DNA of 64,000 bases from Aquirufa sp. (GCF_044239315.1 NZ_JBIIBQ010000010.1:22405-86404), one strand, 5' to 3'. Counted from the stretch's first letter, positions 26,502-36,372 are shown. Notes: a model not told the origin generated them from the letters alone. Numbers and translations are program-made.

Positions 26502-28250
26502 ATGAAATTATTACTGAATTATTTGAGTGTGTACCGCTGGCGCGTGCTAGGGGCATTAGCCCTGGCAGCTACGAACCAGATCTTCTCTTTGATGGATCCC
26601 TATATTTTCAGGAAGATCATCGACGATGTGGCGGCGGTGTATCGCTCAGATACCCACACGATGGACCAATTCGTCGCGGCGATTTGGCCTTTAGCCTTAG
26701 CGTCCGTGGGCGTGGCGTTCGTGAGCCGGGTGGCGAAAAACTTTCAGGATTATTTCATTAACACGGTAACCCAAAAAGTAGGTGCAAACCTCTATTCCGA
26801 TGGAATCCGTCATTCCTTAGAACTGCCTTACGAAACCTTTGAAGACCAAAGATCCGGCGAGACCCTAGGTAAACTCCAAAAAGTCCGTACCGACGTCGAG
26901 AAACTGATCACTTTAGGAATTAACATTTTATTCCAATCTGTCATTGCCTTGATTTTCATCTCGGTCTACGCCTTTTCCGTGCATTGGATGGTGATGCCCT
27001 TATTCTTAATCACGGGTCCACTCATCGGTTATGTATCTTCCGTATTAAGTAAGAAGATTAAAGTGATTCAGATTGAAATCGTCAAAGAATCGACCGGCCT
27101 AGCGGGATCTACCACGGAATCTTTGCGCAATATCGAGTTAGTAAAATCCCTTGGTTTGGCAGAGCAAGAAATCGCCCACTTAAATGCGACTACGGAGAAA
27201 ATTCTGAAACTTGAATTGAAGAAAGTGCGTTACGTTCGCTCCATGGCCTTTGTTCAAGGAACCTGCGTGAACTTGTTGCGCATGTTGATGGTGGTCGTTT
27301 TGATTTACTTGATCTACGAAGGAAAGATTACGATCGGTCAATTCTATTCGTTAAACATCTATTCGTTCTTCCTCTTTAATCCATTGCAAGAGATTGGTAA
27401 TGTGGTGAATACCTACCGCGAGGCGGAGGTTTCATTGCAGAATTTCGAGCAGGTATTAAGCATTCCATCGGAGAAGAAACCAGCGAATCCGAAAACGATT
27501 TCGTCTATTCAGGAATTGAAATTTGATCACGTTTCATTCAAACACCAGTCCGCGACGACCGAAGCATTGAATGGAATTACGTTCTCGGTTAAAGGAGGCG
27601 AGACGATTGCTTTCGTAGGTCCATCGGGTGCAGGAAAATCGACTTTGGTAAAATTATTAGTGGGTCTTTACAGACCTAAGAAGGGTCAAGTATATTATAA
27701 TGGCGAGCCGAGCGATGCAATCGATTTCGATCAATTACGTAAAAAGATTGGTTTCGTGACTCAGGATACACAATTGTTCTCCGGATCGATTCGCGAGAAT
27801 TTGTTATTCGTAAACCCAAATGCAACGGACGCCCAGTGCATGGAGGTGTTAGAAAAGGCCGCTTGCCAAAGCCTCTTAGCCAGAGCCGACAAAGGTCTTG
27901 ATTCCCTAATCGGAGAAGGTGGAGTAAAAGTATCCGGAGGAGAGAAGCAACGTTTAAGTATTGCGCGTGCACTTTTACGTGATCCGAACTTATTGGTTTT
28001 CGATGAGGCGACGTCTGCACTAGACTCTTTAACCGAAGAAGAAATTTCCGAAACGATTCGTTCTTTATCCGTTGATACGGAACACCTTACGATCTTGATC
28101 GCCCACCGTTTATCGACAGTGATGCATGCGACGAGGATCTATGTGTTAGAAAAAGGACAGATCGTGGAAGAGGGCTCTCACGACGATTTAGTGGCGAGCA
28201 AAGGACTGTATTTTGCGATGTGGAGACAGCAGGTAGGAGAAAACAAATAA
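26502..28250 (+). CDS. ABC exporter, fused permease/ATPase (ABCB/MsbA-type)
   Basis: It has an N-terminal six-TM-type region, Walker A GPSGAGKST, signature VSGGEKQR and Walker B LLVFDEATSALD. Confidence 0.85.
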   Translation: MKLLLNYLSVYRWRVLGALALAATNQIFSLMDPYIFRKIIDDVAAVYRSDTHTMDQFVAAIWPLALASVGVAFVSRVAKNFQDYFINTVTQKVGANLYSDGIRHSLELPYETFEDQRSGETLGKLQKVRTDVEKLITLGINILFQSVIALIFISVYAFSVHWMVMPLFLITGPLIGYVSSVLSKKIKVIQIEIVKESTGLAGSTTESLRNIELVKSLGLAEQEIAHLNATTEKILKLELKKVRYVRSMAFVQGTCVNLLRMLMVVVLIYLIYEGKITIGQFYSLNIYSFFLFNPLQEIGNVVNTYREAEVSLQNFEQVLSIPSEKKPANPKTISSIQELKFDHVSFKHQSATTEALNGITFSVKGGETIAFVGPSGAGKSTLVKLLVGLYRPKKGQVYYNGEPSDAIDFDQLRKKIGFVTQDTQLFSGSIRENLLFVNPNATDAQCMEVLEKAACQSLLARADKGLDSLIGEGGVKVSGGEKQRLSIARALLRDPNLLVFDEATSALDSLTEEEISETIRSLSVDTEHLTILIAHRLSTVMHATRIYVLEKGQIVEEGSHDDLVASKGLYFAMWRQQVGENK

Positions 28251-28272
28251 TTTATTTTGCTTTTTCTATAAT

Positions 28273-28291
28273 TGCCAAAGATTCTTTGGCA
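28273..28291 (+). terminator. Short hairpin after the ABC exporter gene (weak terminator candidate)
   Basis: TGCCAAAG att CTTTGGCA forms an 8-bp perfect stem. No T-run follows. Confidence 0.3.
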
Positions 28292-28354
28292 TAAACTATC
28301 ACTCTACAAATCGAATTGCGTATATTTAACGTTTGAAAAAATTTATTAAACCCT

Positions 28355-30031
28355 ATGTCATTAAATAAGTATTCACGGACATTAACTCAGGAGGTTTCTA
28401 ATCCCGCTGCGAAAGCGATGCTTTACGGTATCGGTTTAACCAGCGAGGATATGAACAAAGCTCAAATCGGCATCGCCAGCACAGGCTACGAAGGGAATAC
28501 CTGCAATATGCACTTAAATGGACTATCAGTCCACGTGAAAAAAGGAATCCAAGAGAATGGAATGGTCGGTTTGATCTTCCACACCATCGGGGTTTCGGAT
28601 GGAATGACGAATGGAAATGACGGGATGAGTTATTCATTACCTTCACGAGATATTATCGCAGATTCTATTGAAAATGTGGTAGCAGCACAGTGGTATGATG
28701 GCGTAATTGCCGTCGTAGGTTGTGATAAGAATATGCCAGGTGCTATGATAGCCATGGCTCGTTTAAATCGTCCAGGTATTTTAGTGTACGGCGGAACGAT
28801 TCGTAGCGGATCTTACAAAGGCGAAAAATTAGACATTGTTTCGGCGTTCGAAGCTTTGGGAAAAAAATATGCAGGAACCATCTCTGACGAGGATTATGAA
28901 GGCGTAATACGCAATTCAATCCCGGGAGCAGGTGCTTGTGGTGGTATGTATACCGCAAACACAATGGCTTCTTCGATGGAAGCGATGGGCTTAGTACTAC
29001 CTAATTCATCCTCGTATCCAGCAACCCATGAAGGGAAGAAAGAGGAGTGCTTAGCGATAGGCGCGGCGATGAAAGTGTTGTTAGAGAAAAACATTTGCAC
29101 ACGTGACATCATGACGCGTAAAGCGTTCGAAAATGCCATGACGGTGGTAATTGCGTTAGGTGGATCGACGAATGCAGTGCTTCATTATTTAGCCATTGCG
29201 CATGCGGCTGGCATCTCATTTACATTAAAAGACATTCAAGATATCTCGGATCGCACACCGCTGATAGCGGACTTAAAACCTAGTGGTAAATACTACATGG
29301 AAGACGTGTTAGCGATCGGGGGAATGCCTGCGATTTTGAAATATTTACTTTCTGTGGGTTTATTGCACGGAGAGTGTTTGACAGTGACAGGAAAGACAAT
29401 GGCGGAGAATCTAGCGGAGGCTCCGGACTTGAATTTTGACACACAAAAAATCATTTTCCCTATCACTCAGCCGTTAAAACCGACGGGTCACTTACAAATT
29501 ATCTACGGTAATTTAGCTCCAGGCGGTGCAGTGGCTAAGATTACAGGAAAAGAAGGCGAGCGTTTTGAAGGATTAGCTAAGGTGTGTAACAGTGAGGAAG
29601 AAGTGATTGAATACATTTCCAAAGGCGATATTAAGCCGGGTCACGTCATTGTAATTCGCAACGAAGGCCCTAAAGGCGGACCTGGGATGCCAGAAATGTT
29701 AAAACCAACCTCTGCCGTAATTGGTGCTGGTTTAGGAAACTCCGTAGCCATGATTACGGATGGCCGTTTCTCTGGAGGAACGCACGGTTTTGTTGTGGGT
29801 CATGTGACTCCTGAAGCATTTGAAGGAGGTCCTATCGCACTAGTAAAGGATGGAGATAAAATTACGATTGATGCCGTGAATAACACGTTGGTATTGCACG
29901 TATCGGATGAAGAATTAGCAGAACGCAAGAAGAATTGGAAGCCAATTGAGTCTCCATTTAAGCAAGGCGTTCTTCGTAAATATATTAAAAACGTTTCCTC
30001 TGCGAGTCAGGGTTGCGTAACGGATTTATAA
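28355..30031 (+). CDS. ilvD: Dihydroxy-acid dehydratase
   Basis: The 558-aa protein carries [19 protein letters not shown] and [22 protein letters not shown], both IlvD signatures. Confidence 0.95.
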   Translation: MSLNKYSRTLTQEVSNPAAKAMLYGIGLTSEDMNKAQIGIASTGYEGNTCNMHLNGLSVHVKKGIQENGMVGLIFHTIGVSDGMTNGNDGMSYSLPSRDIIADSIENVVAAQWYDGVIAVVGCDKNMPGAMIAMARLNRPGILVYGGTIRSGSYKGEKLDIVSAFEALGKKYAGTISDEDYEGVIRNSIPGAGACGGMYTANTMASSMEAMGLVLPNSSSYPATHEGKKEECLAIGAAMKVLLEKNICTRDIMTRKAFENAMTVVIALGGSTNAVLHYLAIAHAAGISFTLKDIQDISDRTPLIADLKPSGKYYMEDVLAIGGMPAILKYLLSVGLLHGECLTVTGKTMAENLAEAPDLNFDTQKIIFPITQPLKPTGHLQIIYGNLAPGGAVAKITGKEGERFEGLAKVCNSEEEVIEYISKGDIKPGHVIVIRNEGPKGGPGMPEMLKPTSAVIGAGLGNSVAMITDGRFSGGTHGFVVGHVTPEAFEGGPIALVKDGDKITIDAVNNTLVLHVSDEELAERKKNWKPIESPFKQGVLRKYIKNVSSASQGCVTDL

Positions 30032-30113
30032 GAAAATTATTTTTTTATCTATTCAGAAGGCTTAAATTGGGCTTTCTATTGCGTTGAGACAAATTTTTGA
30101 ATACACGTTAACC

Positions 30114-31856
30114 ATGGGACAAACCCAAACTCAAACCGAAGCAGCTAATCAACCTGACCAAAAGAAATTTTTGTCAGGCGCCCAAGCTATCATGCAATCA
30201 TTGGTAGAGCAGGGTGTGGACACCATTTTTGGTTACCCAGGTGGTGCCATTATGCCCACCTATGATGCACTTTACGATTACCAAGATCACCTAAAACATA
30301 TTTTAGTTCGCCACGAACAAGGGGCAGGCCATGCAGCGCAAGGCTATGCACGTATGTTAAACAAGGCGGGCGTTTGTTTGGTGACATCTGGTCCTGGTGC
30401 TACGAATTTGATTACTCCTATCGCTGATGCGATGTTGGATTCAACTCCTATGGTGTGTATTGTAGGTCAGGTTAAGGCAAATTTATTAGGTACGGATGCG
30501 TTCCAAGAGTGCGATTTAATCGGTATTTCGATGCCTGTGACGAAGTGGAATTACCAAGTGGTGGATGCTGATGAGATCCCAGAGATCATGGCGAAAGCCT
30601 TCTATATCGCGGAAACAGGTCGTCCTGGCCCCGTTTTAATTGATATTACGCGCACGGCTCAAACGGATTTAATGACCAAGCCATTCGAATACATTCCTTG
30701 TAAATCGATTATTTCCTACAAACCTCGTGTAGAGCCTAAGGCAGAGCACGTGGAGGCTGCGGCTAAATTAATTAATGGTGCAAAACGTCCTTATATCTTA
30801 GCCGGTCATGGTATAATCATTTCTGGTGCGGAGAAAGAATTGAATGATTTCGTAGACAAAACAGGAATTCCAGTCGCGACCACTTTATTAGGAATGTCTT
30901 CTATGGACGCTGATCATCCTCTTTATGTGGGTTGGCCAGGTATGCACGGCAATTATGGTGCGAATGTGTTAACGAATTCTTGCGACGTTTTAATTGCCAT
31001 CGGAATGCGTTTCGATGACCGGATTACGGGTGATTTATCTACTTATGCAAAGCAAGCAAAAGTAGTTCATATTGAAATTGACCCAAGTGAAGTAGATAAA
31101 AATGTGAAAGCGGATGCGCCGGTAGTGGGTGATGCTAAGGCTGCATTAAAGGCTTTATTGCCATTAGTGAACAAGGCTGATCACAGTGAATGGAGAGCGG
31201 AGTTTAAGAAATACGACGACGAAGAGTACGATAAAATCACGAAAAAAGACTTATTCCACGAAGGGGATAAGATCAAGATGGGTGAGGCCGTTAATCTTTT
31301 GTCAGTTAAAACCAAAGGCGAAGCTGTTGTGGTGACTGACGTAGGTCAACACCAAATGATTACGAATCGCTATTATCGTTTCAAAAAACGTAATTCTATC
31401 GTCACTTCTGGTGGAGCTGGAACGATGGGCTTTGCCTTGCCAGCCGCTTTTGGCGCCAAGGTAGCGGTACCACAACGCGAAGTGGTAGCGGTAATCGGTG
31501 ATGGTGGGTTCCAAATGACCTTACAAGAATTAGGTACCATCGCTCAAAGCGGTCTGCCAGTCAAAATAATCATCTTGAATAACAACTTCTTAGGTATGGT
31601 GCGCCAGTGGCAGCAATTGTTCTTTGATAACCGTTATTCCTTTGTTGAATTGCAAAATCCTGATTTCATTACCATTGCGAAAGGTTTTGGCATCGCGGGT
31701 CACACCGTGTCGGATCGGGCAGAATTAAGCGATTCATTAGATACTTTATTAAAATCAGATAAGCCTTATCTGTTAGAAATTATTTGTGAAAAAGAGGAAA
31801 ACGTATTCCCCATGGTACCTGCAGGTGGCTGTGTAACCAGTGTGAGGCTAGAATAA
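30114..31856 (+). CDS. ilvB: Acetolactate synthase large subunit
   Basis: Start taken at ATG 30114, since 30084 is a TTG. It has FGYPGGAIMP and the ThDP-binding motif IGDGGFQMTLQELGT...ILNNNFLGMV. Confidence 0.9.
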   Translation: MGQTQTQTEAANQPDQKKFLSGAQAIMQSLVEQGVDTIFGYPGGAIMPTYDALYDYQDHLKHILVRHEQGAGHAAQGYARMLNKAGVCLVTSGPGATNLITPIADAMLDSTPMVCIVGQVKANLLGTDAFQECDLIGISMPVTKWNYQVVDADEIPEIMAKAFYIAETGRPGPVLIDITRTAQTDLMTKPFEYIPCKSIISYKPRVEPKAEHVEAAAKLINGAKRPYILAGHGIIISGAEKELNDFVDKTGIPVATTLLGMSSMDADHPLYVGWPGMHGNYGANVLTNSCDVLIAIGMRFDDRITGDLSTYAKQAKVVHIEIDPSEVDKNVKADAPVVGDAKAALKALLPLVNKADHSEWRAEFKKYDDEEYDKITKKDLFHEGDKIKMGEAVNLLSVKTKGEAVVVTDVGQHQMITNRYYRFKKRNSIVTSGGAGTMGFALPAAFGAKVAVPQREVVAVIGDGGFQMTLQELGTIAQSGLPVKIIILNNNFLGMVRQWQQLFFDNRYSFVELQNPDFITIAKGFGIAGHTVSDRAELSDSLDTLLKSDKPYLLEIICEKEENVFPMVPAGGCVTSVRLE

Positions 31857-31858
31857 GT

Positions 31859-32395
31859 ATGTTAACGAATTACACCATTTCCGTTTTTACGACTAATACG
31901 GTCGGTTTATTGAATCGCATCACGATCATTTTTACGCGTCGAAGAGTAAATATTGAGAGTTTGACGGTTTCAGAAACTGAGCGTAAAGGCGTATCTCGTT
32001 TTACGATCGTGATTAAACACGAAAACCGGGAATTCGTAGAAAAATTAGTTCGCCAAATCCGTAAAGTAACCGACGTTCTCGCGGTGTTTGGCTACCTAGA
32101 TGACGAAATTGTGTTTAATGAAATCGGTTTATTCAAAATAGCTACTCCGCTGGGAGGTCTTCCAGTAGATGTGAAATCTATTAATTTGGATTGGAATGCG
32201 AAGATTGTGCATTTTGGCCTAGATTATGTGGTGGTGGAAAAGAACGGATCAGAAGAAGAGATTCAAGAGTTTTATACCTATTTGAAGAAATGGGAAATAT
32301 TAGAGTACGTTAAGTCGGGTCGTGTTGCCGTAGGTAAAACGGAGAAAGGCTTAGTCGAATTTTTGCCGGAAGAAGGCAATTGGGAAATTGTGTAA
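31859..32395 (+). CDS. ilvN: Acetolactate synthase small (regulatory) subunit
   Basis: It has an ACT-domain N-terminus (ISVFTTNTVGLLNRITIIFTRRRVNIESLTVSETE) and lies immediately after ilvB. Confidence 0.85.
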   Translation: MLTNYTISVFTTNTVGLLNRITIIFTRRRVNIESLTVSETERKGVSRFTIVIKHENREFVEKLVRQIRKVTDVLAVFGYLDDEIVFNEIGLFKIATPLGGLPVDVKSINLDWNAKIVHFGLDYVVVEKNGSEEEIQEFYTYLKKWEILEYVKSGRVAVGKTEKGLVEFLPEEGNWEIV

Positions 32396-32428
32396 TCGAA
32401 AAACGAATATAAATTAAATAACAGAAAA

Positions 32429-33472
32429 ATGGCAAAGATTAATTTCGGTGGAGTTGTTGAAGACATCGTAACAAGAGAAGAGTTTCCATTAGAGAAAGCT
32501 AGACAAGTATTAGCTGATCAAACGATTGCAGTAATCGGATATGGAGTTCAAGGTCCTGGGCAAGCGTTAAACATGAAAGACAATGGCCTGAATGTAATCG
32601 TAGGTCAACGTAAAGGAAAAACTTATGACAAAGCTGTCGCTGACGGTTGGGTTCCAGGTGTAACTTTATTTGAAATCGAAGAAGCTTTGGAAAAAGGAAC
32701 CATCATTTGTTACCTACTTTCGGATGCCGCTCAAATCGAATTATGGCCTACAGTGAAGAAATATTTAACGGCTGGAAAGTCACTTTATTTCTCTCACGGT
32801 TTTGGTATTACCTACAAAGAGAAAACAGGTATCATTCCTCCAGCGGATGTGGACGTATTCTTAGCTGCACCTAAAGGTTCAGGTACTTCATTACGTCGTT
32901 TATTCGTGGCAGGTAAAGGTTTGAACTCTTCGTTCGCTGTTTACCAAGATGCAACAGGAAAAGCTCGTGAGAAATGTATCGCGATGGCCATCGGTGTAGG
33001 TTCTGGCTATTTATTTGAAACAGATTTCTACAAAGAAGTAACGTCTGATTTAACAGGTGAGCGTGGAACTTTAATGGGAGCTATCCAAGGTATTTTCGCT
33101 GCACAATACGATGTATTACGCGCGAACGGTCACTCTCCATCTGAAGCATTCAACGAGACTGTGGAGGAATTAACGCAATCGTTAATGCCTTTAGTAGCGG
33201 AGAACGGAATGGACTGGATGTATGCAAACTGTTCTACTACGGCGCAACGTGGTGCTTTGGATTGGTGGAAACCATTCCGTGATGCGACTAAGCCTGTATT
33301 TGAGCAATTATATAACTCAGTGAAAACGCAAGCAGAAGCAGAGCGTTCTATTACATTGAATTCTCAACCAGATTACCGCGTGAAATTAGATGCTGAATTG
33401 AAAGAAATGGCAGATATGGAAATGTGGAGAGCTGGTGCTGCAGTACGTAGCTTGCGTCCAGAGAATAACTAA
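32429..33472 (+). CDS. ilvC: Ketol-acid reductoisomerase
   Basis: It carries IAVIGYGVQGPGQALNMKDNG (NADPH site) and FSHGF. Length is 347 aa. Confidence 0.95.
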   Translation: MAKINFGGVVEDIVTREEFPLEKARQVLADQTIAVIGYGVQGPGQALNMKDNGLNVIVGQRKGKTYDKAVADGWVPGVTLFEIEEALEKGTIICYLLSDAAQIELWPTVKKYLTAGKSLYFSHGFGITYKEKTGIIPPADVDVFLAAPKGSGTSLRRLFVAGKGLNSSFAVYQDATGKAREKCIAMAIGVGSGYLFETDFYKEVTSDLTGERGTLMGAIQGIFAAQYDVLRANGHSPSEAFNETVEELTQSLMPLVAENGMDWMYANCSTTAQRGALDWWKPFRDATKPVFEQLYNSVKTQAEAERSITLNSQPDYRVKLDAELKEMADMEMWRAGAAVRSLRPENN

Positions 33473-33495
33473 TTTTCCTTTTTGGGATTGAAAGA

Positions 33496-33527
33496 GGGTA
33501 GATGCTTTACGTGTCTGCCCTTTTTTT
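33496..33527 (+). terminator. Rho-independent terminator after ilvC
   Basis: GGGTAGA (33496-33502) pairs with TCTGCCC (33514-33520) with one G-T pair. TTTTTTT follows. Confidence 0.65.
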
Positions 33528-33685
33528 ATTGTCCAAAGGCAGAAAGAGCAGCACCCCTTAAAAAAATGCAAATTTTTATATTCTACCTATGTTTCGTATT
33601 ATAGACTAAGTATCTTATTTATTGTATTTTTTTAGATTATTAATAGTTTTTTAATCTAAATAAAATACAAATGAAGATTATTAAT

Positions 33686-33717
33686 CTATACTCTATACTC
33701 TCTACTCTCTCATCTCC
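33686..33717. repeat. Heptanucleotide tandem array, CTCTACT family (~4.5 units)
   Basis: The array reads ctatact ctatact ctctact ctctcat ctcc, in the leuA leader region. Confidence 0.7.
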
Positions 33718-33774
33718 TTGTTTCCAACTTGGAATTCTTGTAATTTCACATCGAAATAAAACACCCAAAATCAG

Positions 33775-34914
33775 ATGAGTAACCGCATTCAAATTTTTGA
33801 TACCACCTTACGTGACGGCGAACAAGTTCCCGGCTGCCAATTAAACCGAGAAGAAAAAGTAGAAGTTGCTTTACAACTCGAGTTGCTAGGGGTGGATATC
33901 ATTGAAGCAGGTTTTCCTATCTCGTCGCCAGGTGATTTTGCCTCGGTTCAAGCCATTTGCGATGCGGTTAAAGAGCCTACAATTTGCGCCTTAACGCGTG
34001 CCAAAAAAGAAGATATCGACGCCGCCGTGGCTGCCCTTAAAACAGCTCGAAAGCCACGTATTCATACGGGTATCGGTTCGTCTGATGTTCACATCAAGCA
34101 TAAATTCAATTCAACACGCGAAGAAATAATCGAACGCGGGGTTTGGGCTGTTAAGTATGCCAAATCCTTCGTAGAAGATGTCGAGTTTTTTGCAGAAGAT
34201 GCAGGTAGAGCGGATTTGGCTTTTTTAGCCCAATTGACACGCGAAGTCATCAAAGCTGGAGCAACAGTCGTTAACCTTCCAGATACCACTGGATATTTAT
34301 TACCTCATGTGATGCACGATCGCATTAAGTATTTATACGAAAATGTTGATAACATCCATCAGGCAACAATTTCTATGCACAATCACAATGATTTAGGATT
34401 AGCCACTGCGAACACGATTGCTGGAATTCAGGCTGGTGCACGTCAAGTCGAAGTAACGATAAATGGAATAGGAGAACGCGCTGGAAATACGTCTTTGGAA
34501 GAAATTGCCATGATTCTAAACGTACATAAGGATTTAGGATTCAATACGGGCATCAAGCCAAAATATCTGTACCCAACTAGTACGCTCGTTTCTAATTTAA
34601 TGGGAATGAACGTCCAGCCAAACAAAGCAGTCGTAGGAGCAAATGCTTTTGCGCACTCATCAGGCATTCATCAAGATGGCTTCTTGAAGCATGCGCAAAA
34701 CTATGAAATTATGAACCCAGAAGATGTGGGAGTTTCATCCTCAGCCATTTTATTAACCTCCCGTTCAGGTCGCGCCGCATTGCGTCACCGCTTAACGTTA
34801 TTAGGTTATGATTTTGAAAAACCAGAATTGGATAAAATATATACTCGCTTTTTGTTGATGGCGGATGATAGGAAGATGATTCATGATGAAGATCTTAAGG
34901 AGCTTGTCGGCTAA
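33775..34914 (+). CDS. leuA: 2-isopropylmalate synthase-family enzyme, short form without the C-terminal regulatory domain
   Basis: It has the DRE-TIM metallolyase motifs IFDTTLRDGEQ and ISMHNHNDLGLATANT. At 379 aa it ends ...DEDLKELVG. Confidence 0.75.
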   Translation: MSNRIQIFDTTLRDGEQVPGCQLNREEKVEVALQLELLGVDIIEAGFPISSPGDFASVQAICDAVKEPTICALTRAKKEDIDAAVAALKTARKPRIHTGIGSSDVHIKHKFNSTREEIIERGVWAVKYAKSFVEDVEFFAEDAGRADLAFLAQLTREVIKAGATVVNLPDTTGYLLPHVMHDRIKYLYENVDNIHQATISMHNHNDLGLATANTIAGIQAGARQVEVTINGIGERAGNTSLEEIAMILNVHKDLGFNTGIKPKYLYPTSTLVSNLMGMNVQPNKAVVGANAFAHSSGIHQDGFLKHAQNYEIMNPEDVGVSSSAILLTSRSGRAALRHRLTLLGYDFEKPELDKIYTRFLLMADDRKMIHDEDLKELVG

Positions 34915-34922
34915 AATTTAAA

Positions 34923-34950
34923 GAATAGAGCACAAAGCACAAAGAATAAA
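34923..34950. repeat. Heptanucleotide tandem array, GCACAAA family (4 units)
   Basis: The array reads gaataga gcacaaa gcacaaa gaataaa, directly after the leuA stop. Confidence 0.6.
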
Positions 34951-34965
34951 GTTGGCATTAAAAAA

Positions 34966-34987
34966 GGGAACCTCGGTTCCCTTTTTT
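34966..34987. terminator. Bidirectional rho-independent terminator between convergent leuA and the MscS-family gene
   Basis: AAAAAA GGGAAC ctcg GTTCCC TTTTTT. The A-run and T-run flank a 6-bp GC-rich stem. Confidence 0.75.
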
Positions 34988-35017
34988 AATTATCGTATGA
35001 AATGTGAATGAGTCCGT

Positions 35018-35070
35018 CGGTAGCCGGTAGTCAGTATCCAGTAGTCGGTAGTCAGTAATCGGTAGTCAGT
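35018..35070. repeat. Heptanucleotide tandem array, CAGTAGT/CGGTAGT family (left arm)
   Basis: The array reads cggtagc cggtagt cagtat ccagtagt cggtagt cagtaat cggtagt cagt. It uses the same word family as 23899..23972. Confidence 0.8.
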
Positions 35071-35083
35071 CTAGAATGTAAAA

Positions 35084-35165
35084 CTCTACTCTCTACTCTC
35101 TACTCTCTACTCTCTACTCTCTACTCTCTAATCTCTACTCTATAATCTCTACTCTCTACTCTACT
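35084..35165. repeat. Heptanucleotide tandem array, CTCTACT family (~11 units)
   Basis: ctctact is repeated, with variants ctctaat and ctctata. It uses the same word family as 33686..33717. Confidence 0.85.
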
Positions 35166-35191
35166 GACCACTGACGACTGACTACTGTCGG
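35163..35191. repeat. Inverted copy of the CAGTAGT array (right arm)
   Basis: actgacc actgacg actgact actgtcgg is the reverse complement of CAGT[ACG]GT units. It can pair with 35018..35070 in several registers. Confidence 0.75.
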
Positions 35192-35198
35192 AGCGAAG

Positions 35199-36278
35199 CT
35201 ACGACCTAGCCATCACAATCTTCTCCTTCTCCAACACCTTCAAAATGCCCAAGTTAATTGCCTGTTTTGTCGCTTGAAACTTAGCGAAGTCTTTGGTCTG
35301 AACAAAATAAGTTACCGAGATATCGATGGAATAGGCGCTAAAACCTTCAAAAATCACTTTAGGAGCTTTTTTCTTGCATAGAGGCTCATCTTGTATGAAA
35401 GCTTCTATGGCAGCGATAGCTGCTTCAATTTGCGCAGGTTTTGTGTTTAACTCACAAAGTATCGTGTATTTGGCTCGTCTAAAATCTCGTTCACTCATAT
35501 TCTCAAGAGATTGTGAGGTGAGCAAGCGATTAGGAACTAGGATCAAATTTCCATCTGCGCCTCTGATTCGCGTACTTCTGAAGCCAATTTTTTCAATATC
35601 TCCACTAATGGTCCCTATTTGAATATTATCTCCTACTACAAAGGGTAAATCTAAAAAGATGGTGAATGAGGCAAATAAATTCTCTAGGGTTTCACGAGCT
35701 GCTAAAGCTAATGCCAAACCTCCAATTCCTAAACCGGTGATTAATGCTACTACATCTACCTCAAAAATCCGACCAAGGAAAACAAATCCAGAAGCCGTGA
35801 TAATAAAGACCATGGATAGGTCGTTCAGGAAGGGAATGAATTGTTGTTTGGATTTTTGGTCTGCACCGTTCCACTTTTCTTGCGCAACTAAAATAACCAC
35901 CTTCATTAAGCGAACTATTACCCAGGTAATGGTGAAAATAACCGCTGATTCGAAGGCTTTTTCAATCAGGTAAAGTAGTCCAAATTTTTCCATCGGCTCG
36001 ATATTCCAAGCGGATGGCACATGTAAATTTTGGACTGCAAAATATAAGAAGATCCAAAATATGAGTAACTCGAAGGGTTTGCGGATGAGTTGAACACAAT
36101 CTTGAATGGAGATGGATTCATCTGGGATAAAGCGGTAAACAATTTTCGAGAATGAATTAGAGAAAAAACGTCTTAATATAAAACTGATTAACATAATTCC
36201 TCCAAAAAGGATCATATCCCATGCTGAATTATCCAAATAGACCCCATTTTTTAAATCTTCAATCATTTTGTCAATCAT
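35199..36278 (-). CDS. Mechanosensitive ion channel family protein (MscS-like)
   Basis: Start trimmed to ATG 36278 (MIDKMIEDL...) to avoid overlap with the divergent gene. TM helices are followed by the MscS beta-domain pattern PFVVGDNIQIGTISGDIEKIGFRSTRIRGADGNLILVPN. Confidence 0.8.
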   Translation of the reverse strand: MIDKMIEDLKNGVYLDNSAWDMILFGGIMLISFILRRFFSNSFSKIVYRFIPDESISIQDCVQLIRKPFELLIFWIFLYFAVQNLHVPSAWNIEPMEKFGLLYLIEKAFESAVIFTITWVIVRLMKVVILVAQEKWNGADQKSKQQFIPFLNDLSMVFIITASGFVFLGRIFEVDVVALITGLGIGGLALALAARETLENLFASFTIFLDLPFVVGDNIQIGTISGDIEKIGFRSTRIRGADGNLILVPNRLLTSQSLENMSERDFRRAKYTILCELNTKPAQIEAAIAAIEAFIQDEPLCKKKAPKVIFEGFSAYSIDISVTYFVQTKDFAKFQATKQAINLGILKVLEKEKIVMARS

Positions 36279-36372
36279 TTTGAATTCAAATATAGCTAAT
36301 ATCTTAGTCGAATGTGAAATAAAATTACGACCTTTGCAGACTATTATTCCCGAAAGGGAGGATTTCAATTGT

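Noticed and set aside
28251-28354. A leader peptide or attenuator upstream of ilvD.
   Set aside because: There is no ATG-initiated small ORF in the 104-nt gap. It contains only an 8-bp hairpin without a U-run.
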